Part shown: one piece after another, positions 22,601 to 31,445 of the stretch
How the letters are laid out: every line of letters begins with the position of its first letter
Position numbering within the stretch: position 1 is the first letter of the stretch
Source of the DNA: Candidatus Hydrogenedentota bacterium
Lineage (GTDB): Bacteria; Hydrogenedentota; Hydrogenedentia; Hydrogenedentales; SLHB01
Direction of reading: 5' to 3'
Assembly (NCBI GenBank): GCA_029552745.1
Contig: JAKPDK010000070.1
Location: forward strand, 325,268-389,267
DNA length: 64,000 bases
Program-made: the position numbers and the translations under genes
Notes under the pieces: model-generated
The model's input: only the letters and a program-made list of their open reading frames with translations
What the model was told of the DNA's origin: nothing
Database searches by the model: none

Positions 22601-22872
22601 ACGCCATCAACATTTTGAACTGCTTCTTCAATGGCAAGGAGGATGGAACTTTCCACTTCTTCCGGGCTTGCCCCAGGATAAGCGACGGTGACCGTAACCG
22701 TGTCGGGCACGATATCTGGAAAGACTTCCTGTTTCATGTTGAGAGCTGTTATCAAGCCCCCAGCAAGAAACGTTAACATCAAAAGATTTGCAGCGACCGG
22801 ATGCCCTGCCATCCATGCCACTGCACCTCTTCGGGGGGTGTTGTCTTGAGGGTCGGTACCCATTATGCTCAC
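19690..22872 (-). CDS. efflux RND transporter permease (AcrB/HAE1-like)
   Basis: 1060 aa with 12-TM RND architecture and large periplasmic loops. Confidence 0.9.
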   Translation of the reverse strand: MSIMGTDPQDNTPRRGAVAWMAGHPVAANLLMLTFLAGGLITALNMKQEVFPDIVPDTVTVTVAYPGASPEEVESSILLAIEEAVQNVDGVHEVTSMAREGGGAVTVEALVGVDIQQLGQDVKSEVDRIVTFPEDAEEPQVRIDTRRREVLTAVIYGDLPDTSLHQLAEQLRDWLIQSPDITQVDVEGLPPLEISIEVPENALRQYNLTLGEIASRLAVASQDIPSGGVKTESGEVLVRSKERRDYGEQFAKLPILNTPKGTQQLLNDIASINDSFAETDRYSLYNGKPAVLLDVFRVGKETPIQVSRAARKILEEFQTTLPSGVSVSVYNDQSDIYKQRLTLLLKNGAEGLLLVLIILGLFLEARLAFWVMTSIPIAFLGSFLLLPATDVTINMVSLFAYILALGMVVDVGIVVGENVYHYHQKGMKLLEAARYASEEVSTAVTYSILTNIASFVPIYFIPGFLGKIFRMIPVVITVVFLISLVQCLYILPAQLGHAKERRRQGINRWLHEKQQWFSRKFMHWVRDIYGPFLWMVIRHRYLCIALALASLALSVSYAMSGRMGFQQFPIVESDFADARVELPYGAPVQQTRAIVDKIQEAALRVVEQSGHPELCQGIIADIGQGGSHAGRVRVQLPEPEIRKKIMGTEEFVQRWRAETGEVPGVKSLRFSSESGGPGGGARPITVELSHRDMSMLEKAGPELAAILASYPGVSDVDDGFRPGKPQINFMLKPEGRSLGLTPREVARQLRHAFYGAEVLRQQRGRNEIKVMVRLPKAERSSEHTIENLLIRTPSGAFVPFREIAMFQRDRAYTTIERRNGRRVIQVTADITPRRKLNEVLADLSDNVLPQFVKNHPGLSYSFEGQQAQIRDSMASLKVTFLLALLAIYALLAIPFRSYTQPLVVMLSIPFGIVGALLGHLLMGYDLSIPSIFGIVALAGVVVNASLVMIDFANRLQEERKINHREAIHEAAIQRFRPIMLTTLTTFGGLAPMIFETSRQAKFLIPMALSLGYGILIATLISLVIVPAVYVIIEDLAHARLTRSEENQEAAVATPYESPSS

Positions 22873-22873
22873 C

Positions 22874-24142
22874 TCATCGTTGTTGGCGCGTCGTGGTGGT
22901 GTCGGATGGGGAGTTTTCCCGGACTCTCAGCGGCATACCCTGTACGGGAGCAATGAGACTGCTGGTCACCACTTTGTCATTGTCGCGAAGTCCATCGGAG
23001 ACCAAAACAAAGTCTGGGCTGCTCCAAACAATGGATAAGGAGCGAATATCTAATGTGCTGTCCTCAGACATAACCCAGACTTTGTTTCCCTCTCGTACTG
23101 CCGATCTCTGAAGTTTCACCACGTTAGGAACCTCTTGTCCCAAAAGTTCTACTCGAACATAAGATTTAAGAATCAACGGATGTTGATTCTCGTTGGTGTT
23201 AAGTTCGAGAGGGTCCTGAACCTCAACTAACACGCGTGCCATTCTGCCTTCATCAAGGTCCGGCAAGAGCCGAATGATTTCACCCATTCGGAAGACGTCA
23301 GAGCCCCATGCCGCCGGATAATAAATCCTTGCCGGAGAACCTTTTTTGTTCTTCGCATCGGGGATCTGTAGCCATTTAAGTTCATCTACAGGAACAGATG
23401 TATCAACCCAAAACGTGTCTGTTCCAACGGCAGTTGCCAAAGCCGTACCCGGAGAGACATAGCTGCCTAAGTCCGCGCTCCTTGTCTGGATAACACAGTT
23501 GAAAGGAGCTTTGAGGACCGTGCGCTCCAAATCTAACTGGGCTTTTTCCAGTGCCGCTTGGGCAGCATCCACACTAGCCTTTGCGGACGCCAGTTGGGGT
23601 TTTCTTAGCATAAGCTCCTCGTCTTCAGTGTCGCCTGACTTTCCCACCAGTTCATATTCTTTCTGAGCGACGGCTTGCTGCCCCATTTCGAGTTTTAGGG
23701 TTGCTTCTGCTCGGGCAAGGTTACTCTGCTGTTGGCGCAAGGCAAGTTGGTAATCTGCCTCTTCAATTCGCAATATTTCTTCGTTCTCTTGGAAAAAGCC
23801 TCCCGGCATGAAATGCGGGGACACCGCTACCACTCTACCCGGTACCAGAACGGCAAGGCGTATTTCGCGTGACGGCGTGACAGTGCCCATCGCTTGGACA
23901 GCGATTTGTTCTGTTCCCATATGGACTGGGGTGACCTCGACCAAGGTGGCTTCCACTTCGGAAGGTCTTCGTTGAGTCTTGGGTGGATTGGCGAGCCAGT
24001 AGTAGCTTAGTGCAATGCTTGCGGACAATATGACCAGTCCTACGACGGTCCTAAGAAGCCAGCCTAGTCCCCGTCGCAGTCGGTTGCCCGGATTTGTTTG
24101 CGTAACGGTGCTTTTTGTACTTTCACTGTCTAGTGTTTTCAT
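22874..24142 (-). CDS. efflux RND transporter periplasmic adaptor (membrane fusion protein)
   Basis: N-terminal TM, coiled-coil and HlyD-like barrel segments. Adjacent to the RND pump. Confidence 0.85.
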   Translation of the reverse strand: MKTLDSESTKSTVTQTNPGNRLRRGLGWLLRTVVGLVILSASIALSYYWLANPPKTQRRPSEVEATLVEVTPVHMGTEQIAVQAMGTVTPSREIRLAVLVPGRVVAVSPHFMPGGFFQENEEILRIEEADYQLALRQQQSNLARAEATLKLEMGQQAVAQKEYELVGKSGDTEDEELMLRKPQLASAKASVDAAQAALEKAQLDLERTVLKAPFNCVIQTRSADLGSYVSPGTALATAVGTDTFWVDTSVPVDELKWLQIPDAKNKKGSPARIYYPAAWGSDVFRMGEIIRLLPDLDEGRMARVLVEVQDPLELNTNENQHPLILKSYVRVELLGQEVPNVVKLQRSAVREGNKVWVMSEDSTLDIRSLSIVWSSPDFVLVSDGLRDNDKVVTSSLIAPVQGMPLRVRENSPSDTTTTRQQR

Positions 24143-24148
24143 ATAGAC

Positions 24149-25861
24149 CTAATCGTTTCCTTTGACGGTTTCGGAAGACGAAGATTGCCGTTGGTTATCG
24201 CCCGGGTTGTCTTTTTTGGATTCATTCTGTGAGATCATACTTAAGTCATCCATCATCCAGGTTCCACCTAGCGCCAAGGCAAGGCGAACGCGGATATTTA
24301 AATACGCCAAGTTTGCCTGTACTTGCTTTCTCTCTAGGCTTTGGAGTTGCGTCAGCGCAGAAATCACGGGGAGATAGTCGTTTAGCCCTTTTCGGTAGCG
24401 TTCAAAAGCCTGGGCATGTGCCGTTCTCGCAGCCGCCAGTTCGCGTTGGAGAGATTCTAAGTATTCCCGCTGTTTTCGCTCCTGAACCAGGGCGCTTTCT
24501 ACTTCTTTTATTGCTGTCAGTACGGTTTGTTCGTAAGCGGCAAGCCGTTCTTTTGCCACAGCTCGCGTGCGGAATACTTCCGCTTTTCTTCTACCGGCAT
24601 CGAAAATTGGGTTAGTGAGGCTCGCCGCCAAGGTGGCTAGCCAATTGTTCAAGATCAATTCTGTTGTATCGGCTCCATACGAGGCCGATGCGGTTAGTCG
24701 TATACTGGGAAGTCGGTCTGCTCGGGCAGCGCTCACTCTCCAATCGGCGGCTTGAAGTTGTAGTCCTCTTGCCCGTACGTCAGGCCTTTTTGCCAGTAAC
24801 TCGGCAGGCAGTCCTACGTCAGGCATCGGGCCTGCCTCGGGGAAGCCGTCTTGTGCTATCTTCAGGTCGGTAGTCGGTTGTCGTCCCAATAATACGGCGA
24901 GGTCTTGTTCCGCTGTTTTAAGATTTGCTTCCAAGCCCGGGATTAGCGATTCTGTTTGTGCAACAGCTTGCCGCTGTTGTAGGACATCGAGCGCCGTTGC
25001 CCTGCCTTTTTGAAAACGTAGCTCGATAAGATCAAGAGTTGTCTTGTTTAACTCCAGCTGCCGACGAACCAAATTTAATTCCTGACGTAATGCCAAAACG
25101 CCCAACCATTGAGATACTACTTGCCCAGACAAAGTGAGCATAGCCGCATAGGTGTCCTCTTGGGCGGCGGCATAATCTAGGCTTGCTGCACGGTTTTGCG
25201 CTCGAACTCGTCCCCATAAATCTGCCTCGTAACTACTTGCCAAGCCGAAGCGATAGGTGTGAGTGATCAGAGTGCTTTCTGCGGAAGGTGGAGCTTCCGT
25301 CAAGGTTTGCAAGGCATTGAGACTTGACTGCGCCGAGCGCAACGAGTTTGCGGCAGCTTGGAGAGGGTCCTGTGTCTCAATGGGAGAGAGGTTTTTTATT
25401 AACGTATTCAGGGCATCAACTTTCTTAGAGGCATCTTGCCACGGCGGGATATCTACTCCGGTGTCGATGTGGCGACGTGTTGCAGAGAAATCTCCGGTTA
25501 GATTCAATGTAGGGAATAAGCCCGATCGCGCTTGACGGGCTAACATTTCAGACTGTTCCAATCGTGCCAGAATTTGCTTTAAAGTTAAGTTTCCGCTTAT
25601 GGCACTCGTTACCAATTCGTCAAGCTCAGGGGAATGGAATTGTTTCCACCATTTGTCAGGTTGTGGCGTGGAAGGTTCATAGAAAGAGAAAGATTCGGGA
25701 AGAAGTGCCTGGTTCAACTGCCTCTTGGGCGGAGGAAAGGAGCTACAAGACGTCAGCCAGACCGCAGAAACGAATATAATGATAATGAGCGTCCACGCCG
25801 GCATCTTTTCTGGAACCTTTTTTCTTCGTGGAGCTGCCGCTCGTGCATTAATGCGCATCAT
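24149..25861 (-). CDS. efflux outer membrane factor lipoprotein (NodT/TolC family)
   Basis: Lipoprotein signal (LTSCSS) and duplicated OEP coiled-coil/barrel repeats. Confidence 0.85.
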   Translation of the reverse strand: MMRINARAAAPRRKKVPEKMPAWTLIIIIFVSAVWLTSCSSFPPPKRQLNQALLPESFSFYEPSTPQPDKWWKQFHSPELDELVTSAISGNLTLKQILARLEQSEMLARQARSGLFPTLNLTGDFSATRRHIDTGVDIPPWQDASKKVDALNTLIKNLSPIETQDPLQAAANSLRSAQSSLNALQTLTEAPPSAESTLITHTYRFGLASSYEADLWGRVRAQNRAASLDYAAAQEDTYAAMLTLSGQVVSQWLGVLALRQELNLVRRQLELNKTTLDLIELRFQKGRATALDVLQQRQAVAQTESLIPGLEANLKTAEQDLAVLLGRQPTTDLKIAQDGFPEAGPMPDVGLPAELLAKRPDVRARGLQLQAADWRVSAARADRLPSIRLTASASYGADTTELILNNWLATLAASLTNPIFDAGRRKAEVFRTRAVAKERLAAYEQTVLTAIKEVESALVQERKQREYLESLQRELAAARTAHAQAFERYRKGLNDYLPVISALTQLQSLERKQVQANLAYLNIRVRLALALGGTWMMDDLSMISQNESKKDNPGDNQRQSSSSETVKGND

Positions 25862-26546
25862 GCGGATCTCCTGTCAAGGGTTCTTGGAGCCTTGTCCCCG
25901 TTGTCTCTGACTCTAGGCGACGACGTATTTCGGCTATCCCGGCGAGGGAGAATTGAACAATATGCTGAGTAAGGCGTTCCGTGTCCTTTTCGTCAAATTT
26001 CCAGAGGGCATGTTTTCTTTTTTTCCAGGGCGGTCCCTGCGCCATAAAGCATTGAGATATAAGGCTCATTTCGCAGAGTTCGACATACTCGTTTGTCGCC
26101 TTGGGTCCGAGCAGTTCCTGAATGACGGAGCGGGTGTATGTCCTCATTTTTTGCATCCACGAGGCAATCGCGTGGTCTAGGATACCTGTGGGATTCATGA
26201 TTTCTCGCATTCGAATTCTATGGAAGTTGCTTAACTCTCCGCGGTCGGCTTTTCTCAAAAGAAGAGAGCGGACATTTCCTTCGAGGCGTACATCAGCGGG
26301 GGCATTGAGCGGCACTCCCCCATCTATCGGATAGAGTTCGTCCATTTGGGTGGCGAGGTAATCCCATGTAGCGGCATAGAGGGCTTCTTTCGAGCCAAAA
26401 TGGTAGTTAATTGCGGCGGTATTTACATGCGCAAGGCGGCAAATTTCCTCGTGTGTGGCTCCGCGGTAACCTTTTTCGCCGAACACGACACAGGCCGCTT
26501 GGAGGATTTTCTGCCGGGTATTTTCGCCGTCTTTTCGGATACGCAT
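25848..26546 (-). CDS. TetR/AcrR family transcriptional regulator
   Basis: N-terminal TetR HTH (TRQKILQAACVVFGEKGYRGATHEEICRLAHVNTAAINYHFGSKEAL). Confidence 0.85.
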   Translation of the reverse strand: MRIRKDGENTRQKILQAACVVFGEKGYRGATHEEICRLAHVNTAAINYHFGSKEALYAATWDYLATQMDELYPIDGGVPLNAPADVRLEGNVRSLLLRKADRGELSNFHRIRMREIMNPTGILDHAIASWMQKMRTYTRSVIQELLGPKATNEYVELCEMSLISQCFMAQGPPWKKRKHALWKFDEKDTERLTQHIVQFSLAGIAEIRRRLESETTGTRLQEPLTGDPHDAH

Positions 26547-26565
26547 GGGAAAAATTTAATTAGAT

Positions 26566-26588
26566 AGTTCAACTAAGTACTTCAACTA
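26566..26588. promoter_or_regulatory. direct repeat AGTTCAACTA / ACTTCAACTA just upstream of the TetR gene, a candidate operator
   Basis: Two 10-nt near-identical direct repeats 1 nt apart, about 20-40 nt upstream of the TetR start codon. Confidence 0.25.
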
Positions 26589-26749
26589 TAACATTTGTTT
26601 TTAATCGTGTCAATCTTTTTTTCGAGAAGCCGCGATTCTATGGAGCAAATTGACAATATCCCTTGTAGTGTATCAAGATTCTTTTCGATCTGTTGGCCTA
26701 GGTAGTCGGCGAAATACGCGCCTCTCCACAAGAGAAAAACGGTTGTTAT

Positions 26750-28243
26750 ATGAATATACGGTATTTGTTAAAGGTACTTGGTTACTTTTCATGGGCGACC
26801 GCCCCTTTGATGTTGCCGGCTTTGATAGTCTCCTTTTACTACAAGGAAGGCCAAGCGGCATTGGCGCTCCTCTTTTCCGCCGTTGTTTCTATTCTTGTGG
26901 GGAGTTTTCTCTATCGAATGGGGCGAGGTGCTCCAAATCGTTTTTACCAGCGTGAAACACTGGGCGTTGTGGCGCTTGCATGGATACTTGTGGCGGGCTT
27001 GGGCGCACTGCCGTTTATTTTTTCGGGGGTTCTGGGTCCCGTAGACGCCTACTTTGAATGTATGTCGGGATTTACAACTACGGGGTCCAGCGTTTTCGGA
27101 TTGAGCCATTTTCAGCATACACCAAAGGCGATCATGTTTTGGCGGGCATTTACCCACTGGGTAGGGGGTATGGGAATTATTGTGTTGTTTCTTGCCGTGC
27201 TCCCTTATCTTGGCGTTGGTGGGAAACAGCTCTTTAAGTCAGAATCGCCGGGTCCCGATCCCCGTGAACTTACTCCCCGCATACGTGACACGGCAGCAAT
27301 CTTATACACCATATATCTAGGCCTCACGATTTTGGAAATAGCCGCGTTGATGTTCGCCGGAATGAATTGGTTTGATGCAACATGCCATACATTTGCGACA
27401 TTGTCCGGTGGAGGTTTCTCGACTCGTTTTAACAGTGTAGGAGAGTTTAAGAGTCCCGTTATTGATGTCATAGTAATTTTCTTTATGATTTGCGGCGCCA
27501 CCAATTTTGCTCTCTATTACAGTATGCTCAAAGGAAACTGGAAGGCGCTATTCATGGATACGGAGTGGCGCGCTTATATTTTTATCCTGTTAACAGCTAC
27601 GCTCTTGGTGACTCTAAACTTATGTGGTTGGTTTGGGGCAGGGGTAGTGAGAGCAGATGGACCTGTCAAAACATACGATAATCCGTTGGAAGCTTTGAGG
27701 TATGCTGGTTTCCAAGTTGCGTCGATGATGACAACAACAGGCTTTACCACGGATGATTTTGATCGTTGGCCTGATCTCTCCAGAGAGTTGCTGATTACAG
27801 TCATGTTTATAGGAGGCTGTGCCGGTTCTACGAGTGGGGGGATTAAGGTTATCCGGATTATGATGTTATTGAAGATGGTTTACTGGCGTTTGGAGAAATC
27901 TTTCCGTACTCGTACTGTAAGAGTGTTACGTATAGCTGGGGAGCCGGTTGAAGAGGGCGTTCAACAGAACGTTTATGGCTTTGTTGTCTTGTATTTGGGT
28001 TGGGCGATATTGGGTACCTTTGTTATGACCGCTTTAGGATTGCCCCTCCTTTCAGCTTTTACTTCAGTGGCTGCTACACTCAACACCACGGGTCCTGGGC
28101 TCGAAAAAGTAGGCGCATCGATGAACTTTGCGGAGATACCCGCCCTTGGCAAGCTATTTCTTTCTTTATCGATGGTGCTTGGCCGCTTGGAGTTGTTTAG
28201 CGTGTTAGTCCTTTTCGTGCCTGGATTTTGGAAAAAGGAGTAG
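26750..28243 (+). CDS. trkH: TrkH/KtrB family K+ uptake transporter subunit
   Basis: 497 aa with repeated M-P-M segments and glycine selectivity-filter-like motifs (GFTTTG, TTTGF). Confidence 0.85.
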   Translation: MNIRYLLKVLGYFSWATAPLMLPALIVSFYYKEGQAALALLFSAVVSILVGSFLYRMGRGAPNRFYQRETLGVVALAWILVAGLGALPFIFSGVLGPVDAYFECMSGFTTTGSSVFGLSHFQHTPKAIMFWRAFTHWVGGMGIIVLFLAVLPYLGVGGKQLFKSESPGPDPRELTPRIRDTAAILYTIYLGLTILEIAALMFAGMNWFDATCHTFATLSGGGFSTRFNSVGEFKSPVIDVIVIFFMICGATNFALYYSMLKGNWKALFMDTEWRAYIFILLTATLLVTLNLCGWFGAGVVRADGPVKTYDNPLEALRYAGFQVASMMTTTGFTTDDFDRWPDLSRELLITVMFIGGCAGSTSGGIKVIRIMMLLKMVYWRLEKSFRTRTVRVLRIAGEPVEEGVQQNVYGFVVLYLGWAILGTFVMTALGLPLLSAFTSVAATLNTTGPGLEKVGASMNFAEIPALGKLFLSLSMVLGRLELFSVLVLFVPGFWKKE

Positions 28244-28260
28244 TTTTCCAATTCCCGGGG

Positions 28261-29253
28261 TCATACTTGTCGTTTCCCTGTCTCGATCTCGTTGACCAGA
28301 GTTCTCAACGTTGTCAACGCCGTTTCGGGGAATCGCCATTCTTGAATCTTTGGTTCCGTCAACAGGTTTTTCAACTGGGGCAAGACAAGCATTTCTGCGG
28401 CTTGCTCGCTGGTTAACGACCGGGCAACAAAGCTTTCTTCGGTAAAGTTTTCAAAAAAACTTTTCAGGCCACGGCGAGCATCTCCTCCGACAGCTCCGAA
28501 ATCTTGGCCGTAGATGTGCATCGCAAAACTATAATCCGCATAGCTTCCAACACGGACGTTTTTTCCGGCTTTTTCCGCGATTTTTTCCGCGATAACACTT
28601 TGAAGGAAGGTGATAGCAATAACGTTGTCGGGCCAGGCTTTATAGAGGTCTCTCGAGCGCCACACCGTATTCATATTGAGTACCCAGTTGCCTTGGTGAT
28701 CTTCGGGACAACGTAATTGAATTTCCCGCAGGCAAGGGACATCTTCCTTCAAAAAGACGTCAATATCTGGGACCGCGGTAGTGGCAACTGCACGCCGGGT
28801 GTAGGGTGTTTTGGAAATGCGGTCAATCGCGCGTGCCACTTGATCAACGGTGCTGCCGTCCCATGCTGGGTGGCTGAAAAGGCGTTGGTGATACGTGTAG
28901 GGCCATTCTTTTGCAGAGAGTTCCCCGTGCACCGCTTCGCGGAGTTTTTCTATGGGGACAACCATGTGATCTTTGACCCCCATGATTTCGGCGATGTAAG
29001 TGCCGATTTCACAAAAGGAGATGGGCGGATACCGGGGTTGGGAAAAGGGGTCTTTGACTTCAATGAGCACTCGGGCATCGCGGCTGGGCGGATCGATATA
29101 TTTTCCGGATTCGTCTTTTCTGTCATATTCGGTTCGCATCGGAAAACCCTGTTCCCAAACCGCCTTCATTGCACGGAAGTAAGCTTGAGGGATGTTTTCA
29201 GCTACAACGTGCAGCGTTGGGAGCCTGCCTTCTGAAAAGTCTTTTGTGTCCAT
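28261..29253 (-). CDS. thymidylate synthase (ThyA) family protein, divergent
   Basis: Fold landmarks align to ThyA: TPYTRRAVATTAVP (the DSRRI region), the catalytic-Cys PC in DVPCLREIQL, VWRSRDLYKAWPDN (the QRSCD..G.PFN region), and HIYG (the HLY region). At 330 aa it is longer than ThyA and has a divergent N-terminus. Confidence 0.6.
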   Translation of the reverse strand: MDTKDFSEGRLPTLHVVAENIPQAYFRAMKAVWEQGFPMRTEYDRKDESGKYIDPPSRDARVLIEVKDPFSQPRYPPISFCEIGTYIAEIMGVKDHMVVPIEKLREAVHGELSAKEWPYTYHQRLFSHPAWDGSTVDQVARAIDRISKTPYTRRAVATTAVPDIDVFLKEDVPCLREIQLRCPEDHQGNWVLNMNTVWRSRDLYKAWPDNVIAITFLQSVIAEKIAEKAGKNVRVGSYADYSFAMHIYGQDFGAVGGDARRGLKSFFENFTEESFVARSLTSEQAAEMLVLPQLKNLLTEPKIQEWRFPETALTTLRTLVNEIETGKRQV

Positions 29254-29286
29254 ATATGCAACCTCCCGGCGTTCTGACGTGATAGG

Positions 29287-29922
29287 TTAGAATCGAGAAC
29301 TGGACTTGCGTGAGTCCGTTGCCGGTATAACGTTGCGGTTCTTGGCGTACGCCTCCAACCGTTCCCGAAGAAGTTTGCGTCCTCGGTAGAGCCTAGACAT
29401 GACGGTACCGATGGGACATTTCATTACATCGGCGATTTCTTTGTAGGACATGTCTTCCATATCCGCCATGATAACGGCGAGGCGAAAGTCATCGGGCAGC
29501 GATTCCAAAGCGGCTCGGACTTCGTCATCGAGAAGTTCCATGAGATTCTTTGTTGTACGTTCCACGGGGTCATATCCGACCCGAGGGTCGGGGGATGTGT
29601 CAGCGGCGGGTTCCGTACCAGTCAATTCGACAAAAGTGGGGCGACGCGCTTTGCGCCGGTATTCGTTAATAAAGGTGTTGCGAAGTATCGTCAGCAGCCA
29701 TGCTTTGATGTACGTACCTTCCTCAAACTTATCATGAAATCGCAGGGCTTTAACAATCGTGTTCTGTGTGAGATCCTGGGCGTCTACGGTATTCCGCGTA
29801 AGACGTAATGCAACCCCGTAGAGCATATCGAGGTGACTGAGAACGAGTTTTTCAAACTCTTCGGACCGCTCAATAGGCTCTCCGTCCGGTGGGGCTATTT
29901 TTTTCTTCCCATCGTGTGTCAC
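29287..29922 (-). CDS. ECF (group IV) RNA polymerase sigma factor
   Basis: Sigma-70 region 2 (DAQDLTQNTIVKALRFHDKF...WLLTILRNTFINEYRR) and region 4 (DDFRLAVIMADMEDMSYKEIADVM). Confidence 0.85.
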   Translation of the reverse strand: MTHDGKKKIAPPDGEPIERSEEFEKLVLSHLDMLYGVALRLTRNTVDAQDLTQNTIVKALRFHDKFEEGTYIKAWLLTILRNTFINEYRRKARRPTFVELTGTEPAADTSPDPRVGYDPVERTTKNLMELLDDEVRAALESLPDDFRLAVIMADMEDMSYKEIADVMKCPIGTVMSRLYRGRKLLRERLEAYAKNRNVIPATDSRKSSSRF

Positions 29923-30409
29923 AGAAAAATGAAACTCCTATCTATCCGCAAAGTTCTTTACTTCGGCGACCACACACTTCACCCCCGAAACGCGCCTACC
30001 GTCACATCCCTTAGGCAGCGAATTTGTCTAACTTTGGACATGTCTCTGCTATAGAGGTTGCCTGTCCTTTGATAGCAGATATTATCCTAATCAATATAGG
30101 TTTGCTTATTCAAACCAAGAAAGATTCTTCTGGAAGTATTGCGCTTGTGGACTCTCACTATTTGTGGTCGTTGGATAAGAAAAAAATACGGAAACGGTGA
30201 GAAGTGGTTCAGAACCACAGGGAACCAAACGGTTTGTATGGGAGTGTCACGTTCAACTGACTCTATGAGTCCACCTCCCAAAGTGCCTTGAATCACCCAA
30301 TTGTCTTGTCCAAACTTGTGATTTCTCCCTTGACGAAAAGAATTGACCTTTTCGAAGGTAATTGCGTATGCTTTCGCCGCTGTTTTTCTAGAACTGAAGG
30401 TGGTTTATC

Positions 30410-31405
30410 ATGGCTTACGAAGCTGTTGCATTTGCTCGGGCTGGACTTGTTGGAAATCCGTCCGATGGTTATTTCGGAAAAACGATTAGCTTCATTGTTC
30501 GCGATTTTTGTGCGAAAGTGAGCATGTATGAGGCCGACCAAATCGAGATTCTCCCGAGTATAAGAGACCGTTCTACTTACGATTCGATAAGGGATCTGGT
30601 AAACGATGTCAAAGCCTACGGTTATTACGGTGGGATACGCCTTATGAAAGCCGCAATTCGGCGATTTGTTGATTATTGTGATGCGCAAGGCATTCGTTTA
30701 CCGGACCGAAATTTCAGCATCCGCTACCGTTCTACCATTCCGCGGCATGTGGGACTAGCAGGGTCCAGTGCGTTGGTTACAGCCGCGATTCGTTGTTTGA
30801 TGGAGTTCTACGAGGTTGAAATTCCTAAGCCGTTGCTTCCTAATCTAATTCTAAGCGTGGAAGCTCAGGAGCTGGGCATTGCCGCGGGCTTGCAGGACAG
30901 GGTTATTCAAGTCTATGAAGGCTGCGTGTATATGGATTTTGACAGGGAGTTACTGGAAAGCCGCGGCTACGGATACTACGAGCCGTTGGACCCCGGCCTT
31001 CTTCCGAATCTTTATATCGCCTATCGAACAGATTTCAGTGAGGGTTCTGAGGTTTTCCATAATCGGATACGGGAGCGGTGGCTTAACAACGACCCGCAGG
31101 TCATTGATGCGATGCGCGAATTTGCTGGATATGCGGAACAAGTGCGCACGCTTCTTCTCGCAGGAAAAGGCACTGAAATAGGGGTCTGGCTTAACAAGAA
31201 CTTTGACTTGCGCCGTTCTTTATACAATCTTAACCCTGCCGATGTGGATATGGTAGAAACTGCTCGTAGCGTGGGGGCATCAGCGAAATTTGCTGGTTCT
31301 GGAGGGGCGATTGTCGGGACCTATGATGATGAGGAGATGTATCGCCGTCTTCAGGAAGTATTTGCAGGCAAACCTGTGGTTGTTCTGAAACCAACTATCC
31401 AATGA
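30410..31405 (+). CDS. GHMP-family sugar kinase, glucuronokinase-like
   Basis: N-terminal ARAGLVGNPSDGY and the GHMP phosphate-binding motif PRHVGLAGSSALVTAA. Confidence 0.7.
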   Translation: MAYEAVAFARAGLVGNPSDGYFGKTISFIVRDFCAKVSMYEADQIEILPSIRDRSTYDSIRDLVNDVKAYGYYGGIRLMKAAIRRFVDYCDAQGIRLPDRNFSIRYRSTIPRHVGLAGSSALVTAAIRCLMEFYEVEIPKPLLPNLILSVEAQELGIAAGLQDRVIQVYEGCVYMDFDRELLESRGYGYYEPLDPGLLPNLYIAYRTDFSEGSEVFHNRIRERWLNNDPQVIDAMREFAGYAEQVRTLLLAGKGTEIGVWLNKNFDLRRSLYNLNPADVDMVETARSVGASAKFAGSGGAIVGTYDDEEMYRRLQEVFAGKPVVVLKPTIQ

Positions 31406-31445
31406 CGGAAGTCGATGTCGAATTGTGAGTATTTGCGGCGAGGGG

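Noticed and set aside
19690-25861. Numerous 60-130-aa antisense ORFs inside the RND pump, outer membrane factor, V-ATPase, and GH2 genes
   Set aside because: These are shadow ORFs in GC-balanced coding DNA. They have no RBS and their translations carry no recognisable motifs.
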